Part shown: in pieces, positions 31,038 to 32,000 of the stretch | Position numbering within the stretch: position 1 is the first letter of the stretch | Layout: every line of letters starts with the position of its first letter | Source of the DNA: a cyanobacterium endosymbiont of Braarudosphaera bigelowii | GTDB taxonomy: Bacteria; Cyanobacteriota; Cyanobacteriia; Cyanobacteriales; Microcystaceae | NCBI RefSeq assembly: GCF_020885515.1 | Contig: NZ_AP024987.1 | Location: 1,110,001-1,142,000, forward strand | DNA: 32,000 nucleotides | Direction of reading: 5' to 3' | Notes under the pieces: generated by a model | The model's input: only the letters and a program-made list of their open reading frames with translations | What the model was told of the DNA's origin: nothing | Databases searched by the model: none | Made by a program: the position numbers and the translations under genes

Positions 31038-31277
31038 AATAGGTAATCCTGGACATAAACGAATCCATTTTCCTGTTTCTTCCAGAAAACTCTTGCAGCT
31101 TACAATATCCCATTCTATTTCAATATATTCATCCTTTGGACGAATATTTACATTAATATCAGCTTGTATAGGGTTAAAAGATGGTTTATCAGTTAAATGG
31201 GATTGTTGGTGCTGTTCTTCAACTGCATGATAAGTTTGACAAACGTCAACATAATGACAGTTAACACAAATACACAT
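31029..31277 (-). CDS. ycf34: Ycf34 family Fe-S protein
   Basis: MCICVNCHYVDVCQTYHAVEEQHQQSHLTDKPSFNP...INVNI...IEIEWDIVSCKSF, with the N-terminal CxCxxC of Ycf34. Confidence 0.93.
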   Translation of the reverse strand: MCICVNCHYVDVCQTYHAVEEQHQQSHLTDKPSFNPIQADINVNIRPKDEYIEIEWDIVSCKSFLEETGKWIRLCPGLPIPN

Positions 31278-31361
31278 ACTTTTTCTCTATAATTTATACT
31301 AACTTAGCGTAAATTAAGAAGACTCGACTAACTTCTAAAATTTGCTCTTATATTGTAAAAA

Positions 31362-32000
31362 ATGAGGCAGAAAACAGTTCTAAATTTATCTCCAAATATA
31401 CTACCTTTTAAATTAGATATCTTGCCATCTACAGCTTATTTAGTAGGAGGAGCAGTAAGGAATATACTGTTAAGTTCCGAACAAGATTATATCGACTTAG
31501 ATATAATCCTACCAAATTTTGTTCCTAAAATAGCAAAAAATATTGCCCACAGTTATCATGTGAATTTTATTATTTTAGATTCGAAAAGAAGTATTATCAG
31601 AATTATTTTCAGGGAAGGAACTATTGATTTAGCAAAACAAAATGGAAACAATATAGATAAAGACTTACAGCAAAGAGATTTTACTATTAATGCAATTGCC
31701 TACAGTTTTCATAAACAGCAAATAATTGATTCTTCAGAAGGTTTAAGAGATTTACAGCTCAAAACCATTAGAATGATTAACGTTAAAAACCTTCAAGATG
31801 ATCCTCTAAGATTAATACGTGCCTATAGACAAGCTTCTCAATTAAATTTCATTATCGAGACTAAAACACGTCATGCAATTAAAAAATTGTCTTCTTGTAT
31901 TTCTCAGGTTGCTGTAGAAAGAATACAAACAGAACTAAGCTATTTATTGCAAAATTTTAATGGTAATGATTGGTTAATTGAAATGAAGAAAGATAATCTA
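31362..32000 (+). CDS. cca: CCA tRNA nucleotidyltransferase / poly(A) polymerase family, 5' part (continues past the window)
   Basis: Open frame from ATG 31362: MRQKTVLNLSPNILPFKLDILPSTAYLVGGAVRNILL..DYIDLDIILP...RDFTINAIAYSFHKQQIIDSSEGLRDLQLKTIRMINVKNLQDDPLRLIRAYRQASQLNF. Not in the supplied track because no stop occurs before 32000. Confidence 0.93.
   Translation, partial: MRQKTVLNLSPNILPFKLDILPSTAYLVGGAVRNILLSSEQDYIDLDIILPNFVPKIAKNIAHSYHVNFIILDSKRSIIRIIFREGTIDLAKQNGNNIDKDLQQRDFTINAIAYSFHKQQIIDSSEGLRDLQLKTIRMINVKNLQDDPLRLIRAYRQASQLNFIIETKTRHAIKKLSSCISQVAVERIQTELSYLLQNFNGNDWLIEMKKDNL

Noticed and set aside
1-32000. Mobile elements, CRISPR array, restriction-modification, toxin-antitoxin, prophage or BGC
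   Set aside because: No transposase, Cas, integrase, methylase/endonuclease pair, small toxin pair, or regularly spaced direct repeats were seen; nearly all ORFs are conserved housekeeping genes.

Overview
This 32 kb window looks like a low-GC, housekeeping-rich cyanobacterial chromosome segment with about 78% of bases in supported genes. The gene content, AT-rich spacers and truncated CinA suggest a genome-reduced, possibly symbiotic lineage such as UCYN-A or a diatom spheroid body, but that assignment is inference. Recognisable genes in order are valS (3' end), rsmD, pyrR, a truncated cinA, tRNA-Val(GAC), queE, rimO, a DEAD-box helicase, a pmbA/tldD-family gene, a DUF3285-like gene, dgkA, an MBL-fold gene, an SLC12/APC transporter, thf1/psb29, a DUF2993-like gene, dusA, folE, an SDR gene, accA, a TPR gene, an M16 peptidase homologue, ndhF, gatA, sasA, PSRP-3/ycf65, a large conserved-hypothetical-like ORF, ycf34 and cca (5' part). 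I found no mobile element, CRISPR, phage or defence/toxin system, and no convincing undescribed multi-gene system. The best second-look signals are: (1) three very long, perfect AT-rich inverted repeats (22, 34 and 26 bp arms, 2-7 nt loops) at or within about 16 nt of the stop codons of valS, folE and ycf34, none followed by a canonical U-tract; (2) a GC-rich, potentially switching leader before rimO; (3) a CinA that has lost its N-terminal MoCF domain; (4) a TTG start with a perfect SD on PSRP-3; (5) retention of Thf1/Psb29, Ycf34 and PSRP-3 in an apparently reduced genome.
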